Positions 45,668 through 56,137 of a stretch of DNA of 64,000 bases are shown piece after piece. The notes beneath the pieces were generated by a model that saw only the letters and a list, made by a program, of their open reading frames with translations, was not told the DNA's origin and searched no databases. The DNA is from an uncultured virus (IMG/VR IMGVR_UViG_3300008108_004630) (taxonomy: Duplodnaviria > Heunggongvirae > Uroviricota > Caudoviricetes): IMG/VR virus record IMGVR_UViG_3300008108_004630. One strand, 5' to 3'. Each line of letters begins with the position of its first letter. Within the stretch, counting starts at the first letter, position 1. The translations under genes were made by a program, and so were the position numbers.

Positions 45668-46311
45668 TAATTAAGATCCTCTACTCCTTCTGGTGATAGA
45701 GAATTGTCAGTTATAGTGCTAAACAACATGGTGTTGTCTAGTAGCCACTTCTTCTGCTCTTCGTAAGTTGGGCGCTTATACATCTTTGATACTTCGTAAA
45801 GCTCAATAGCACGTTCTTCTGCAGTCAGTGCCTTGCTTGTTCTAGCAGGTACACAGGTATACTTTACGTTCTGAGGAAGAGGACCTGTCTTCTCTTTCTT
45901 GATTGTGATGTCATATCCCTTTTCTGGGTCTGCGGGGTTACCATATTCTGGGTTACGAGCATAGTCTACAATTTGCTTGTAAATAGTTGCTTTGACGTCG
46001 AATAGCTTGACTTTACCATCGCTTCTGTCTAGTACGTTACAGACATAAGCGAACTGTGGCTTTTCAGAATAGATATCTGGAGGTAGTTCCTTCATTGGGT
46101 CTTTTGCATTACTGTCAAAAGATTCTGACTGACGGTTGAACTGTAGGCATTCTACCGGCATCTTCTTTCCCTCTTTAGTGATTACCCAGTAAACGTAACG
46201 AGGAAGAACTTCTCCCACGAATCTAACCTTAGTATCTCCTACTATTGTTAGACGCTCGATTACCTTGCGATCTCCTTTTGTTTCTTTTTTAGCCTGATCC
46301 CATGCTACCAT
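45667..46311 (-). CDS. Single-stranded DNA-binding protein (T5 D11-like)
   Basis: LPRYVYW, GYDITIKKEKTGP..NVKY, acidic C-terminus. T5 synteny. Confidence 0.75.
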   Translation of the reverse strand: MVAWDQAKKETKGDRKVIERLTIVGDTKVRFVGEVLPRYVYWVITKEGKKMPVECLQFNRQSESFDSNAKDPMKELPPDIYSEKPQFAYVCNVLDRSDGKVKLFDVKATIYKQIVDYARNPEYGNPADPEKGYDITIKKEKTGPLPQNVKYTCVPARTSKALTAEERAIELYEVSKMYKRPTYEEQKKWLLDNTMLFSTITDNSLSPEGVEDLN

Positions 46312-46777
46312 TTGTTGTTTCTCCTTTTTTATATTGGTTTAAATGTGTAAGTTCTGGTATGAACCATAGTTTTTGATCTTTATGTTTTAAGTAAGGATTA
46401 TCCCAGTATTTATCATCTAGATAAGTTTCTGGAATATATAAATTTTTATTATTTATGGATCTTTGACTCAGTGCATAAATATATACAATTTTATTGTAGA
46501 CAGATTCTTTATCGTTTAGCCAATCGAAATTGACTAAATAACATTGAGGTTCTGTAGTTACATAGTTGTTAATAATCCCAAAGAGACTTTTAACTATATG
46601 TCTTTTCCTATATAAAACTTGAGGTATATGATCAATGTTAAGTCTGGAGAGCAATAAACTCTCCGAAGAACTTATAATTGAATTATATCCTTTACTAAGA
46701 GCATAAGTCAATGTAATTATACCTTCCGGTACATTATCACTGCGCGACTTTAACTCGTACCAATTAAAATGCTTCAA
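46289..46777 (-). CDS. Hypothetical protein
   Basis: ORF in the operon between the helicase and SSB genes. Confidence 0.6.
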   Translation of the reverse strand: MKHFNWYELKSRSDNVPEGIITLTYALSKGYNSIISSSESLLLSRLNIDHIPQVLYRKRHIVKSLFGIINNYVTTEPQCYLVNFDWLNDKESVYNKIVYIYALSQRSINNKNLYIPETYLDDKYWDNPYLKHKDQKLWFIPELTHLNQYKKGETTNGSMGSG

Positions 46778-48062
46778 TCGGTTTAAATCCCTTGATCAGA
46801 TACCACTGAACTCTCTTAGATTGCTGTGCCTGAACTATGTGTCCTTTTAGCCAAAAATCTACGATTAGTGGATCTTTTTTATCTGGATGTAACCTAATAA
46901 TTCTTCCTACTCTCTGCTCTAGTTTAATAGGATTATTATTAGGACAAGTTAAAAATATTGTATCTAGACGGTGACAACTAATTCCTTCGTCAAATATCTT
47001 AGTGGTGAGAATAGCTTTTACTTCTTTTCCAGCAGAGTTTAGTATTTTATCTCTTTCGGTTTGCGGAGTTTCTCCGATCAAAAGTTTACTATCTGGAATT
47101 AGTTTTAATAGTTCTTTTAGCATACCTACTCGTTCTGACAGAATTAATAAGCATCTACCTTCGGCTATTTTCTCTTTAGCTTTTTCTGCGACTAAGTTTA
47201 AATACTTGGGATTTTCTCCTAGTTCAGATAACCTAGCAGTCCAATCTCTATTGATATTGAATATCATAAAAGGTATATCTGATTTAACTATTTCAAAATG
47301 GCAATCTGCCAATTTTCTACTATCTTTAGCGACTACTAACTTATCTCCAAAATAATCTGGTAATACTAAATGGTGACCATCTTTTCTAGCAGGAGTTGCA
47401 GTAATCGCAATCTTATACTTAGAATTTATATTATTTACAGTTTCCGAGAAGGTTTCGGCTGGGCACAGATGTGCCTCGTCTACTATCACTAGGGAAAATT
47501 CGTTCTTTATAGCTTCTATATTATTGTTGGCGCTTTTATAGATAGCAACCGTTATAGGTTTAAGATTAAACTTACCATCGCCTATCATACCAATTTCTTG
47601 ATTTGGTATTAACTTTTTCAGTTCTTCTATCCACTGATAGAACAGTAGCTTAGTGTGCACTATAATTATAGTAGTAAGACTTGCTTCTGCTATGAGATTG
47701 CACGCTGCAAAAGTCTTTCCCCATCCACACGGTGCCTGTAGTAGCCCAGAGTTAAGCCCTCTCATACCTATTCCATTTGGAAAAAAAGGCCTGATAGCTT
47801 CTAACTGCTCAGGCCTTAATTTACCATTAAATTCTAGTAGAGGTTCAATTTCTTTTTTTATGCGTTCATCTTTTAAGTTTTCTACTTCTAGCTTAAATAT
47901 AGAATTACTAGGGACTAAATAATAGTTATCAATCTCTTCAATAGATGAAAAGAATTCATCTCCGTAATTATAGAGATATAGAGATTCAAAATCACTTATA
48001 TCTTCTATGTCATCTTTGCAGATTCTTAACTTTTCATTTATTGTAGCGTTTTTTATCTTCAT
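46764..48062 (-). CDS. Superfamily 2 helicase (T5 D10/UvsW-like)
   Basis: APCGWGKT, DEAH, TAT, EGIS, QRVGRI.R. Confidence 0.92.
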   Translation of the reverse strand: MKIKNATINEKLRICKDDIEDISDFESLYLYNYGDEFFSSIEEIDNYYLVPSNSIFKLEVENLKDERIKKEIEPLLEFNGKLRPEQLEAIRPFFPNGIGMRGLNSGLLQAPCGWGKTFAACNLIAEASLTTIIIVHTKLLFYQWIEELKKLIPNQEIGMIGDGKFNLKPITVAIYKSANNNIEAIKNEFSLVIVDEAHLCPAETFSETVNNINSKYKIAITATPARKDGHHLVLPDYFGDKLVVAKDSRKLADCHFEIVKSDIPFMIFNINRDWTARLSELGENPKYLNLVAEKAKEKIAEGRCLLILSERVGMLKELLKLIPDSKLLIGETPQTERDKILNSAGKEVKAILTTKIFDEGISCHRLDTIFLTCPNNNPIKLEQRVGRIIRLHPDKKDPLIVDFWLKGHIVQAQQSKRVQWYLIKGFKPIEAF

Positions 48063-48571
48063 AGGTTTATGTATTCACTAATCTTTGTATCATAGGTAAA
48101 CTGATAGATAACCCATTCATAATCAATGTAGAGTAGTATTACTTTTAGTACGTCTAAATCAGCATTTTCTAAGTCTACAGTTTTATGTATTTTTAACGGA
48201 TAGCTAACATAATTTACCCAAATTAGTTCTTCTTTAATTTTTCTAATTCTTGCTAGTTTTGTTGGAAATCTTTCTTTATTTACTAAATCAAATACTTTAC
48301 CAGTACTATCTACACCCCAATAAACTTTGGCATTCAATAGTTCAGTTAAATTTCTACAAGTAAACTCAAAAGATACTCTAGTATCAAAATTAGATAATCT
48401 TTCAAAATAAGAAAGATTCTTGTTTTCTGGGGTTACATTGTCTATAAACGTAACCTTACTGTGGGGATCTACCTTAACAAGAACCTTATCTTTTTTGTAT
48501 ATTACAGAATATGGATTATGTTTTCTCGCAAAAAAAGGAAAAACAATATCCTTAAACTTTGAGTGGCTCAA
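48059..48571 (-). CDS. Hypothetical protein (T5-like, downstream of DNA polymerase)
   Basis: Operon position with overlapping start/stop codons. Confidence 0.6.
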   Translation of the reverse strand: MSHSKFKDIVFPFFARKHNPYSVIYKKDKVLVKVDPHSKVTFIDNVTPENKNLSYFERLSNFDTRVSFEFTCRNLTELLNAKVYWGVDSTGKVFDLVNKERFPTKLARIRKIKEELIWVNYVSYPLKIHKTVDLENADLDVLKVILLYIDYEWVIYQFTYDTKISEYINL

Positions 48572-50801
48572 GTTCTCCCCAGCTATTGCCTACTTCGAAA
48601 TCTACATCAATAGGACAGTTAGGGATACTAATTCCTCTGTCTATCTGAATAGACTTACGCATATTCTGAGCCCAGGTATCAACTAGATCTTCTCTTACTT
48701 CCGCGACTATAGAGTCGTGAACAACAGTAAAAGGTATGATCTCTCTCTGATAGTTGTTATCTTCTATCCATTTCATAGCATCTACAAGACCTAAAAGATT
48801 AATGTCAGACGCTACACTCTGTACTAAGAAGTTAACCCCAGACCTAATTGCGTGACCTGCTACGCCTCTATTTGGAGATTTACTCTCTGGAAGTCGGCGC
48901 TTTCTGCCGAAGAAGCTATAGATATAGGCATTGCTTGCAATGAAATCATTGGCATGATCAATCCATATCTTTAGATTACTAGCTTCTCTAAAGTATTTAT
49001 TAATAAACATTTTAGCTTCTTGATAGGTAACGTTAGCAGTTTCTGCAATTTTACCCGGCCCTGCTTGATACATGATACCGAATGTAATTGCTTTTGCCCA
49101 CTGTCTATTATCTGGATATAGTTTTTTAACTTCTTCTACCTTGCACGGCAAATTGAAAATCTGTTTAGCAATGTAAGAGTGGAAGTCTAGTTTTTCTACG
49201 AACGCTTTCTGTAAGAATTCGTCATTACTGAGAACTGCTGCGTAATACACTTCCGCAGTCTTCAAGTCTCCCTGAACTATCTTATAACCCTCTCGGGCTT
49301 TAAACATCTTTTTGATGTCCTTATTGTCTCGAGGAATATTTTGATAATTAATTACTCCAGAGCTAGATAGACGTCCGCTGGTAGTTCCATGAATATTGAA
49401 ACCACTACGTAGTCTTTTATCAGAGCTTAATCCGCTAATAATACCTTCAAGGTATGTATCTTGGATCTTTTTCTTTTTACGAAGATCTAGTATTAGATTA
49501 GATAGAGGATGATCTAGTTCTTCTAGAACTTCCTTATCTGTTGACCAAGCGCCGGAATCTGTTTTCTTTACTGGCTCTAATCTTAGAATAGTAAAGAAAA
49601 GTTCTCTAAGTTGCATAGTGCTATTGGGATTGAACGTTTTTTCATATATACGCTCAAATCTAGCAACAGCTTCATCTTGATAAATCTCTTTTAGAGTTTT
49701 ATCAATTTCTACTTTGTAGTTATCTACAAGAGTTTGGGCGAAGGCTACATCAATAGGACCTCCGTTTCTCTCTAGAACCATTAGTGATTTACTAGCAGGT
49801 AGGAGAATTGTCTCGTAGAGACTTTTAAATTTTGGATTCTTATCAACAAGAGGTTTGAATTTTAGATATAGTTGAAAAGAAGCATCCGCATCCTTACAAG
49901 CATAAGGAGCCAGGATGTCTAAGGGTAACATTCCGTAATTAAAGTCTTCTAGCTTGAGCTTGCTTTTTCTACAAAAAGCTTTTTTATATTCATCTAGTTC
50001 GCGCTCATAGTCACCTAGATCGGTATATTTCATAGCTAGAGGCTTAAGTCCATGCGTGCCTACGGCTTCTTCTAAGCAATAGTGAAGAAGCATGGTATCC
50101 TCAAAGTCAGGAAACTCCCAACCTAGTTGATAGTTCAAGAACTGTTGATCGAATTTGCCGTTATGGAATATTACTTTTTTAGTTTTAAGTAGATTTTTAA
50201 TTTCTTCTTTATGCTTTAGGATTATATCAATAGATATAAATACACCTTCGTGAGGTTTAGTACTAAAGGCAACTCCGATTATGTCATTGTCCATAAAAGA
50301 TAGACCTGTAGTTTCGATATCGCATACTACTTCTTTAGCATCTATAAAGCTAGAAGACATATATTGATTATATGATTCCTCATTATCTATATACAGATGG
50401 GTCTTATCATTTACAACTACGCTATAGTTACCATCTACGATTTGAGAAATAGTAGATAGGGCTTTAACGATATCATCTCTACTCTGTGGTTTAACAGATA
50501 TGATGTTAGGATGCATCAATGGAATATACTTATCTTTTACAATGGTTCCATTGTATTTAGTTATTCCAGTCATACCACATACATGCTTAAGAGCTTCGGC
50601 ACCTACAGGTACAATATAAGGATATGTATCTAGTACTGTCATTTCGAGATCTACATCTTTCTTAAGGATCTTATCCTTAGGAGATGAGCATAGGTACTTA
50701 ATATCATACTTAGAATGTAGGGATGTGGGTGCTAGTTCTTTAAGCCATGAGTCTAAAGTTGTATCGGCGACAGACGCACATACGAAAGCTAGTTTTGTCA
50801 T
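48552..50801 (-). CDS. Family A DNA polymerase with 3'-5' exonuclease and degenerate UDG-like N-terminal domain
   Basis: Exo DIETTG and HNGKFD, TTSGRLSS, motif B RQWAKAITFGIMY, motif C VHDS. Confidence 0.95.
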   Translation of the reverse strand: MTKLAFVCASVADTTLDSWLKELAPTSLHSKYDIKYLCSSPKDKILKKDVDLEMTVLDTYPYIVPVGAEALKHVCGMTGITKYNGTIVKDKYIPLMHPNIISVKPQSRDDIVKALSTISQIVDGNYSVVVNDKTHLYIDNEESYNQYMSSSFIDAKEVVCDIETTGLSFMDNDIIGVAFSTKPHEGVFISIDIILKHKEEIKNLLKTKKVIFHNGKFDQQFLNYQLGWEFPDFEDTMLLHYCLEEAVGTHGLKPLAMKYTDLGDYERELDEYKKAFCRKSKLKLEDFNYGMLPLDILAPYACKDADASFQLYLKFKPLVDKNPKFKSLYETILLPASKSLMVLERNGGPIDVAFAQTLVDNYKVEIDKTLKEIYQDEAVARFERIYEKTFNPNSTMQLRELFFTILRLEPVKKTDSGAWSTDKEVLEELDHPLSNLILDLRKKKKIQDTYLEGIISGLSSDKRLRSGFNIHGTTSGRLSSSGVINYQNIPRDNKDIKKMFKAREGYKIVQGDLKTAEVYYAAVLSNDEFLQKAFVEKLDFHSYIAKQIFNLPCKVEEVKKLYPDNRQWAKAITFGIMYQAGPGKIAETANVTYQEAKMFINKYFREASNLKIWIDHANDFIASNAYIYSFFGRKRRLPESKSPNRGVAGHAIRSGVNFLVQSVASDINLLGLVDAMKWIEDNNYQREIIPFTVVHDSIVAEVREDLVDTWAQNMRKSIQIDRGISIPNCPIDVDFEVGNSWGELEPLKV

Positions 50802-51655
50802 TTTATTGCTTGTTCCAATTCATATTTTGATAGATCTCCGGGATCTCTTCCTGGAGGTAAGCTTATATTTCTTACTTCTATGTTATTTAGTTCTAGTAGT
50901 TTTTGAATACTAGCAGCAGCTCTTATACCAGCAGAATCTCCATCCATTAGAAGATGAACTTTAGTAATTCCTATTTGATCTAGAAGTTCTACTTTTTTAG
51001 GACCAAAATTTTGAGTCCCAAATATACATAGAACATTTCTAAATCCGTGCTGCCACATATTTAACATATCGAATATACCTTCTACTAATATAATTTCTTT
51101 TGTTTGTTCTATTTTATCTAATGGGAATAGTATCTGTGTAACAGAGGCTCCCATAGGTCTACGAAAGTATTTCGGTTTTTTACTACTAGTAAGTCTTAAT
51201 CGACCTTCTATAAATCTTAGTCTACCAAATTGATAGACTGGTATGCAAATATAATCTTCCATTCCCATCTCGTGAGTTAGGAATGTTCCAAATTCTTGCA
51301 ATACTTCTTCAGATATTCCTTTAAACGGAAAATCTACTTCTGTCCTGTTATTAGGTAACTTTAGATTGTCTTTTTCAATAAAAGACGTAACTTTCTGTTT
51401 AAGCTTTTGAATTTTAAATCTTTGCTTAGTTTCTATGGGAACTCTAGTTACAATTCCTATAGATTGCAAAAACTTAGATCCTCCGCCTTTAAAGTCACAA
51501 CTCCAACATTTAAATACATTTTTGTCTAAGTTATAACTTAGTGAAGGATCTCTATCTTCGTGTAAACCAGAAGTGCATTTAATTAAGATAGTAGAAGGAT
51601 TATTTGTTTTCTTAAAAGGAATTCCTCTATCTTCTAATATGGTTATAAGATCCAT
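50798..51655 (-). CDS. DnaG-type primase
   Basis: Zinc-binding C..H..CWSC. TOPRIM VEGIFD and DGDSAG. Confidence 0.92.
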   Translation of the reverse strand: MDLITILEDRGIPFKKTNNPSTILIKCTSGLHEDRDPSLSYNLDKNVFKCWSCDFKGGGSKFLQSIGIVTRVPIETKQRFKIQKLKQKVTSFIEKDNLKLPNNRTEVDFPFKGISEEVLQEFGTFLTHEMGMEDYICIPVYQFGRLRFIEGRLRLTSSKKPKYFRRPMGASVTQILFPLDKIEQTKEIILVEGIFDMLNMWQHGFRNVLCIFGTQNFGPKKVELLDQIGITKVHLLMDGDSAGIRAAASIQKLLELNNIEVRNISLPPGRDPGDLSKYELEQAIK

Positions 51656-51660
51656 TTATT

Positions 51661-53031
51661 TTATAAATCCTTTGATGATTCTTCTGATCCGTATCTCTCA
51701 CCGGGTAGAAGCTGTTCATTAATTACTTTACTCTGGCTTGGGTCAATCTTAACACAAGGCCAGTTCATGAATACTTCAAAGTTAATCGTTTTACCATTTC
51801 TTATCTTAGATGTTAACATTTTCAGTTTATTAGGATCTTTTTCCTGATCTACAGGCATGAAACTAAAAGCTCTATCTGCGAAATCTAAGATACCTTTTGC
51901 AAATCGTGCTTCTCCAGAAGAATCAATCTGGAAAGGAGAAAGCACTGTTATATTATACTTTCTTGCTACAGATTTCAAGCTGTCTGACAATACGATCTGA
52001 GATTTCCAGTCTTTTTGATCTGGTATCTTAATGATGTTGATGTAGTCAACTACAGCCATATTAAAGTTAGGATATTTACTACTGAATAGATTACAATAGT
52101 GATCTATTCTAGAAAGATTCAAGCTTTCATCGTCTATTAGAAAGAACCTATTATCTTTCATAGGAAACTTTCGATTTTTCATCTCTAGTTCAAACCTATC
52201 AAAGTCTTTAGTTCTAGTAGTTTCATCTACTAGCTTTAAAAGCTCTGGTTCTGGCTGATAAAAAGTATCTACCTTAGCCTGAAGTATTCTTAACTTTTGA
52301 TCTTCTTTTAGTTCATTTCTATAGATATCCAGAAATGGAACTTCACTAATTATAGATAATAGTCGATCGTATACTTCTTTGTATCTCATTTCAATAGTAA
52401 AGAAAGCTACAGTAGCGCCTTGTTTGAAACGATTAAAGGCACAGTTCAAACTTATAATAGATTTTCCACTACCTCTACGACCGCCTAGAAGAACTAGTTC
52501 TTGAAGAGCAAACCCTCCATTGACTGAATCATATTCAGTACTAAGACCTGATGGATATAGGGTAAAGTCGTCTCCTTTAGGAAAGAATTCTAATTCTCCT
52601 ACATCAAATAGTTCATCTACTGATGGAGACGCTTTATTAAGTTGTAAAACGTGTTCTTGCAGTTTATCAATGATTTCTACTTTTTCATAGTTTTCAAAAT
52701 CATCCATAAACTTGTCTAGAAATCTGATAGTATCTTCTCTTACATAATGATCTTGTAACTGACCTACTAGAAATGCATTAGCAATAGTTTCGTACTTATT
52801 GGTATCAGATAGAATCTGAGTATCAATATAGTCTTGTAAAGCAACATCTTTATGTACAATTAGTAATTCTTCTATGCTAGGCAGTCTAAGATTAGCCTTA
52901 TAGAAGTTTTTAATCTTATCAAATAGCACAAGACTCATGCCAGAGAAATATTCCGGCATGAGTTTTGAATAGAAATCGTTATCTCTAGTAGCCAAAAGCC
53001 TACCTAGAGTTAGTTTTTGTAGATCAAGCAA
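51661..53031 (-). CDS. DnaB-like replicative helicase
   Basis: GGRRGSGKS, FTIEM, VVDYIN, KIRNG. Confidence 0.9.
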   Translation of the reverse strand: MLDLQKLTLGRLLATRDNDFYSKLMPEYFSGMSLVLFDKIKNFYKANLRLPSIEELLIVHKDVALQDYIDTQILSDTNKYETIANAFLVGQLQDHYVREDTIRFLDKFMDDFENYEKVEIIDKLQEHVLQLNKASPSVDELFDVGELEFFPKGDDFTLYPSGLSTEYDSVNGGFALQELVLLGGRRGSGKSIISLNCAFNRFKQGATVAFFTIEMRYKEVYDRLLSIISEVPFLDIYRNELKEDQKLRILQAKVDTFYQPEPELLKLVDETTRTKDFDRFELEMKNRKFPMKDNRFFLIDDESLNLSRIDHYCNLFSSKYPNFNMAVVDYINIIKIPDQKDWKSQIVLSDSLKSVARKYNITVLSPFQIDSSGEARFAKGILDFADRAFSFMPVDQEKDPNKLKMLTSKIRNGKTINFEVFMNWPCVKIDPSQSKVINEQLLPGERYGSEESSKDL

Positions 53032-53788
53032 CTGGGTTACTCCCTGCTATAGGAAAGAGATCTCTTCTATAGTATTCGGCGAAATATGAATAATCACCGA
53101 TATGATATACTAGATAAGTTTCTCTTCCTGTTTCTTCGATTATTTTTGTGACTCTGTTAATAAAATTCTGGGCAGCGAATCTTTTCCACTGACTACCGTC
53201 ATCAAGGATGTAGTATGATTCATAATGAATACCCTCTACAGGCTCTTGGTCGGGAGCTAACTTAGCCCAAGAATGTAATTCTACCGACTTTAGATGAGCA
53301 TTGTCGAATCTCTCTAAATACTCTTCGTCGTATATTTCTTTTACTATAGCAAAACTGTTATTTTTTGCAACAAATACTTTTTCACCCTTGACGAACTTTT
53401 TATCTAGGTCTTGAATAACATGGTCTACATTAGCCTCGCCTCTTTTTGAGCGTGCTCTAATAGGTACGTTACCTTCGATAAGAACTTGTTTAATTTTCTG
53501 AGGAGTTAGATATAGACTTTCTGCAATAGAAGAAGTACTTTCTCCTTTTAGGTATGAACCTATAATTGATTTTTTTGTTGCCTCATCAATAGGTTTAGAG
53601 CGAATTTCTTTCTTAAGGCGTTCTTCTCTTTCAAGACCTTCTTTGAATTCTGTGATAATAGTATCTAGTCTCTTGGTATTATACGCAATACCAAGATGTT
53701 CGCAGCAGGCCTTTTTAGTTTTACCTGCCTTGAGCATCCAGATAACCTGTCGAATTTTAGACTCAGGTATTTCTTTTTTTACTGCCAT
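53024..53788 (-). CDS. Hypothetical HTH-containing protein
   Basis: HTH-like segments TKKACCEHLGI and STSSIAESLYLTPQKIKQVL. Confidence 0.6.
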   Translation of the reverse strand: MAVKKEIPESKIRQVIWMLKAGKTKKACCEHLGIAYNTKRLDTIITEFKEGLEREERLKKEIRSKPIDEATKKSIIGSYLKGESTSSIAESLYLTPQKIKQVLIEGNVPIRARSKRGEANVDHVIQDLDKKFVKGEKVFVAKNNSFAIVKEIYDEEYLERFDNAHLKSVELHSWAKLAPDQEPVEGIHYESYYILDDGSQWKRFAAQNFINRVTKIIEETGRETYLVYHIGDYSYFAEYYRRDLFPIAGSNPVA

Positions 53789-53809
53789 GTTTAATCCTTA
53801 TATCAATAG

Positions 53810-53838
53810 ATTCTAGCAAATAAAAATGCGTTAGTCAA
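53810..53838 (-). promoter_or_regulatory. Sigma70 promoter for the helicase-primase-polymerase operon
   Basis: TTGACT-17 nt-TAGAAT with extended -10 TG. Confidence 0.75.
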
Positions 53839-53860
53839 CTTGAATTGAAACTAACGCATT
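53818..53860 (-). terminator. Terminator after uvsE, overlapping the -35 of the next promoter
   Basis: Inverted repeat AATGCGTTAG...CTAACGCATT followed by a T-rich tract on the minus strand. Confidence 0.6.
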
Positions 53861-53881
53861 AATATGTAGAAATGTATTGAA

Positions 53882-54889
53882 TTAATTTACTGTTTTTAGG
53901 CTTAGATTTTCTCCGGCCATTTGTTCTTCTTCTTTTACATAGTTGTAAAAGTTTTGAACACCTGTCCATTTGTTTTTAAGCTCACACTCTATGTCTGTAT
54001 ACTCTAACATAGGCACTGCTAGGCTAGCAAAGAATTCATCGTGAAACTCGTCTGAATGTTCATTCATTCTAGATGATCCAATTTTACTCTGGCTTTTATG
54101 CATAGCTGGGCGAATTGGATACCAGGTTTTTAAGAATTCTTTAAAGTACGGATGCGTATGAGTAATATACTCTTCACCCTTACGATGACAGTAGTAATGA
54201 TGTACGTCTAGCATACATCTAATAGGTATGATACTGGCTAGCTCTAGTGTGTGCTCAATATCATAACCATTAGGTTTGTCTTCGTTTTCGACTGTCAATG
54301 CTTTTTGTGTATAGTCATCTAAGTATCTGTAATTGGTAGCAAATCTACTAATACCGTCTGAGTGTTTACCTCCGTAGAGACCTTGTAAATGGATGTTGAT
54401 AATAGCTTCTTTTGCTGGTATATTCATCCACTTAAATATCTGTGCGTGATAATGCAGGTCTTCTATAGAGTTTGTAACCACGTCAGCACGGTTTGAACCA
54501 AGGACAGTATACTGACCAGGATGGCTAGAAAGGCGAATCCCGCTAGAAATGGCGAGTTCACCAGCACGTCCCAGAATATCTTTAAGTGTTTCTGTAATTT
54601 CTCCATAATATGGATGTATCTCCTTTACCGTATAACAAGGGAATAGTTCAGAACTAATTCTCCAATATCTAAGCTCTTTGGGCTGAGAAGATAGAAATTT
54701 AATCTGTTCTAAAAGTTTATTTGCGTTGTAAACGGCTTTATCTAAAGCCTTTCGATAATTAGAAAGAGCACTAGTTTTTGTAGTCGTGCCCATATTCATT
54801 TTATCTAAAGGCGGTTTATCAAACATACAACAAGTTGCAAGTCTGTATGTTGGCTCTTCTTTGAGCCAATATCCTTGTAAGTTAGTCAT
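53882..54889 (-). CDS. uvsE: UV damage endonuclease (UvsE/UVDE)
   Basis: RISSELFP, RLSSHPGQY..LGS, L.YH, LTVENED, LDVHH, ELK.K. Confidence 0.88.
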   Translation of the reverse strand: MTNLQGYWLKEEPTYRLATCCMFDKPPLDKMNMGTTTKTSALSNYRKALDKAVYNANKLLEQIKFLSSQPKELRYWRISSELFPCYTVKEIHPYYGEITETLKDILGRAGELAISSGIRLSSHPGQYTVLGSNRADVVTNSIEDLHYHAQIFKWMNIPAKEAIINIHLQGLYGGKHSDGISRFATNYRYLDDYTQKALTVENEDKPNGYDIEHTLELASIIPIRCMLDVHHYYCHRKGEEYITHTHPYFKEFLKTWYPIRPAMHKSQSKIGSSRMNEHSDEFHDEFFASLAVPMLEYTDIECELKNKWTGVQNFYNYVKEEEQMAGENLSLKTVN

Positions 54890-54932
54890 ACTATATATTA
54901 TCGTTTTTCAAACAATTTAACTAGCTTAAACT

Positions 54933-55250
54933 TTAATGAACGTGTAGGTTTTCAGCTATAAAATATAAATCATTAGTCAAATCTCTAATTAAGCCAGTCT
55001 TAGAATACACCGGTCGAAAGCCATCTCTTAGGGCTTTATTGTTTCGATATATTTTTTCTAGCATAAAACTTGCTCTATAGGCTATCTGAAGTTCTTTATA
55101 TTTTTCACTACTTAATTCTTTATCTTCGTAATATCTGGAAATTATGGAATGAAAGTAGCCTGTTTTTTCTTCTTCAGGAAGTGATAATATATAGTTTAAC
55201 GTGCTTTCTGGCACGTTAAATAGTTCAAAAGGTTCTAAATCTTTTTCCAT
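54933..55250 (-). CDS. Hypothetical protein
   Basis: ORF co-oriented with the operon. Confidence 0.55.
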   Translation of the reverse strand: MEKDLEPFELFNVPESTLNYILSLPEEEKTGYFHSIISRYYEDKELSSEKYKELQIAYRASFMLEKIYRNNKALRDGFRPVYSKTGLIRDLTNDLYFIAENLHVH

Positions 55251-55258
55251 TTCACCAA

Positions 55259-55292
55259 TAAAAAAGCGGCAGGTGAGTTACACCTACCGCTT
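55259..55292 (-). terminator. Rho-independent terminator after the D5-like gene
   Basis: AGCGGTAGGTG-taact-CACCTGCCGCT followed by a T run on the minus strand. Confidence 0.8.
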
Positions 55293-55316
55293 CTTCCCCT
55301 CAATTTACTTGAGTTA

Positions 55317-55994
55317 TTACTCAGCCTTTGGCTGGTAATCAGCGCAAGCCATCTTACGACGAGTGAGAACGGTGCGAACACCACGCTCGGTCTTGCCGAA
55401 GTGAGCTGCGATCTCGGCTACGGTCTTGTCGGCCATATCCTCGATACCCTCATATGGGTCAGTCTTTGTAGCCTTCTTGTCACGCTGTGGGGCCTTTAGC
55501 TCCATTGATAGAAGCTTACCACGAACAGAGTTGACTGGCTTGTTTAGGCGAGCAGCGATATCCTCGAGATATGCGCCCTCCTCAACCATCTTACGAACAA
55601 GAGCCTCTTCCTCGACTGAATAGCTCTTTGGAGCTACCTTCTTCTCGGCTGGCTTGATGTGCTGAGTCATCTCTAGTGAGAGAGCCTTACCGTTGATCTG
55701 GCGAGCATTGAAGTTGCCATTACCAAACTTAGCAGCGATCTCTTCTGCAGTGTGCTGTCCGCTATGAGCGACTAGGAACTGCTTTAGTGCCTCAGTCTCC
55801 TCAGGAGAGAAGATAGGAGCTGCGCCGGGCTTCTTTGGCACGTCGTAACCTAGCTTACGTAGCTTGGCGGTTACTGAACGGCGTGGGAACTCGAACTCAG
55901 TGCAGATTGACTCTACAACTTCCTCAGTTACTCCACCTGCGCAGAGTGACTGCATACGAGCAACCATCTCATCAGTGTATTCAAACTTTGACAT
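55317..55994 (-). CDS. T5 D5-like DNA-binding protein (tandem HTH repeats)
   Basis: Repeats RSVTAKLRKLG, RQINGKALSLE, NSVRGKLLSME, RGVRTVLTRR. Follows the ligase as in T5. Confidence 0.8.
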   Translation of the reverse strand: MSKFEYTDEMVARMQSLCAGGVTEEVVESICTEFEFPRRSVTAKLRKLGYDVPKKPGAAPIFSPEETEALKQFLVAHSGQHTAEEIAAKFGNGNFNARQINGKALSLEMTQHIKPAEKKVAPKSYSVEEEALVRKMVEEGAYLEDIAARLNKPVNSVRGKLLSMELKAPQRDKKATKTDPYEGIEDMADKTVAEIAAHFGKTERGVRTVLTRRKMACADYQPKAE

Positions 55995-56056
55995 TGTTTT
56001 TAATTTTCCTCTTTATTTTGTTTTCAATCAGATGTTTCCCGATTGATTATGTTCAG

Positions 56057-56085
56057 ATTATATCAGCGATCTAAGAGCTAAGCAA
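56057..56085 (-). promoter_or_regulatory. Sigma70 promoter for the D5-like gene
   Basis: TTGCTT-17 nt-TATAAT. Confidence 0.75.
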
Positions 56086-56137
56086 GATTAAAGTGTAAAC
56101 AATTTTCTTAATTGGTAGTTTTAGAATTTTTGTTAAA

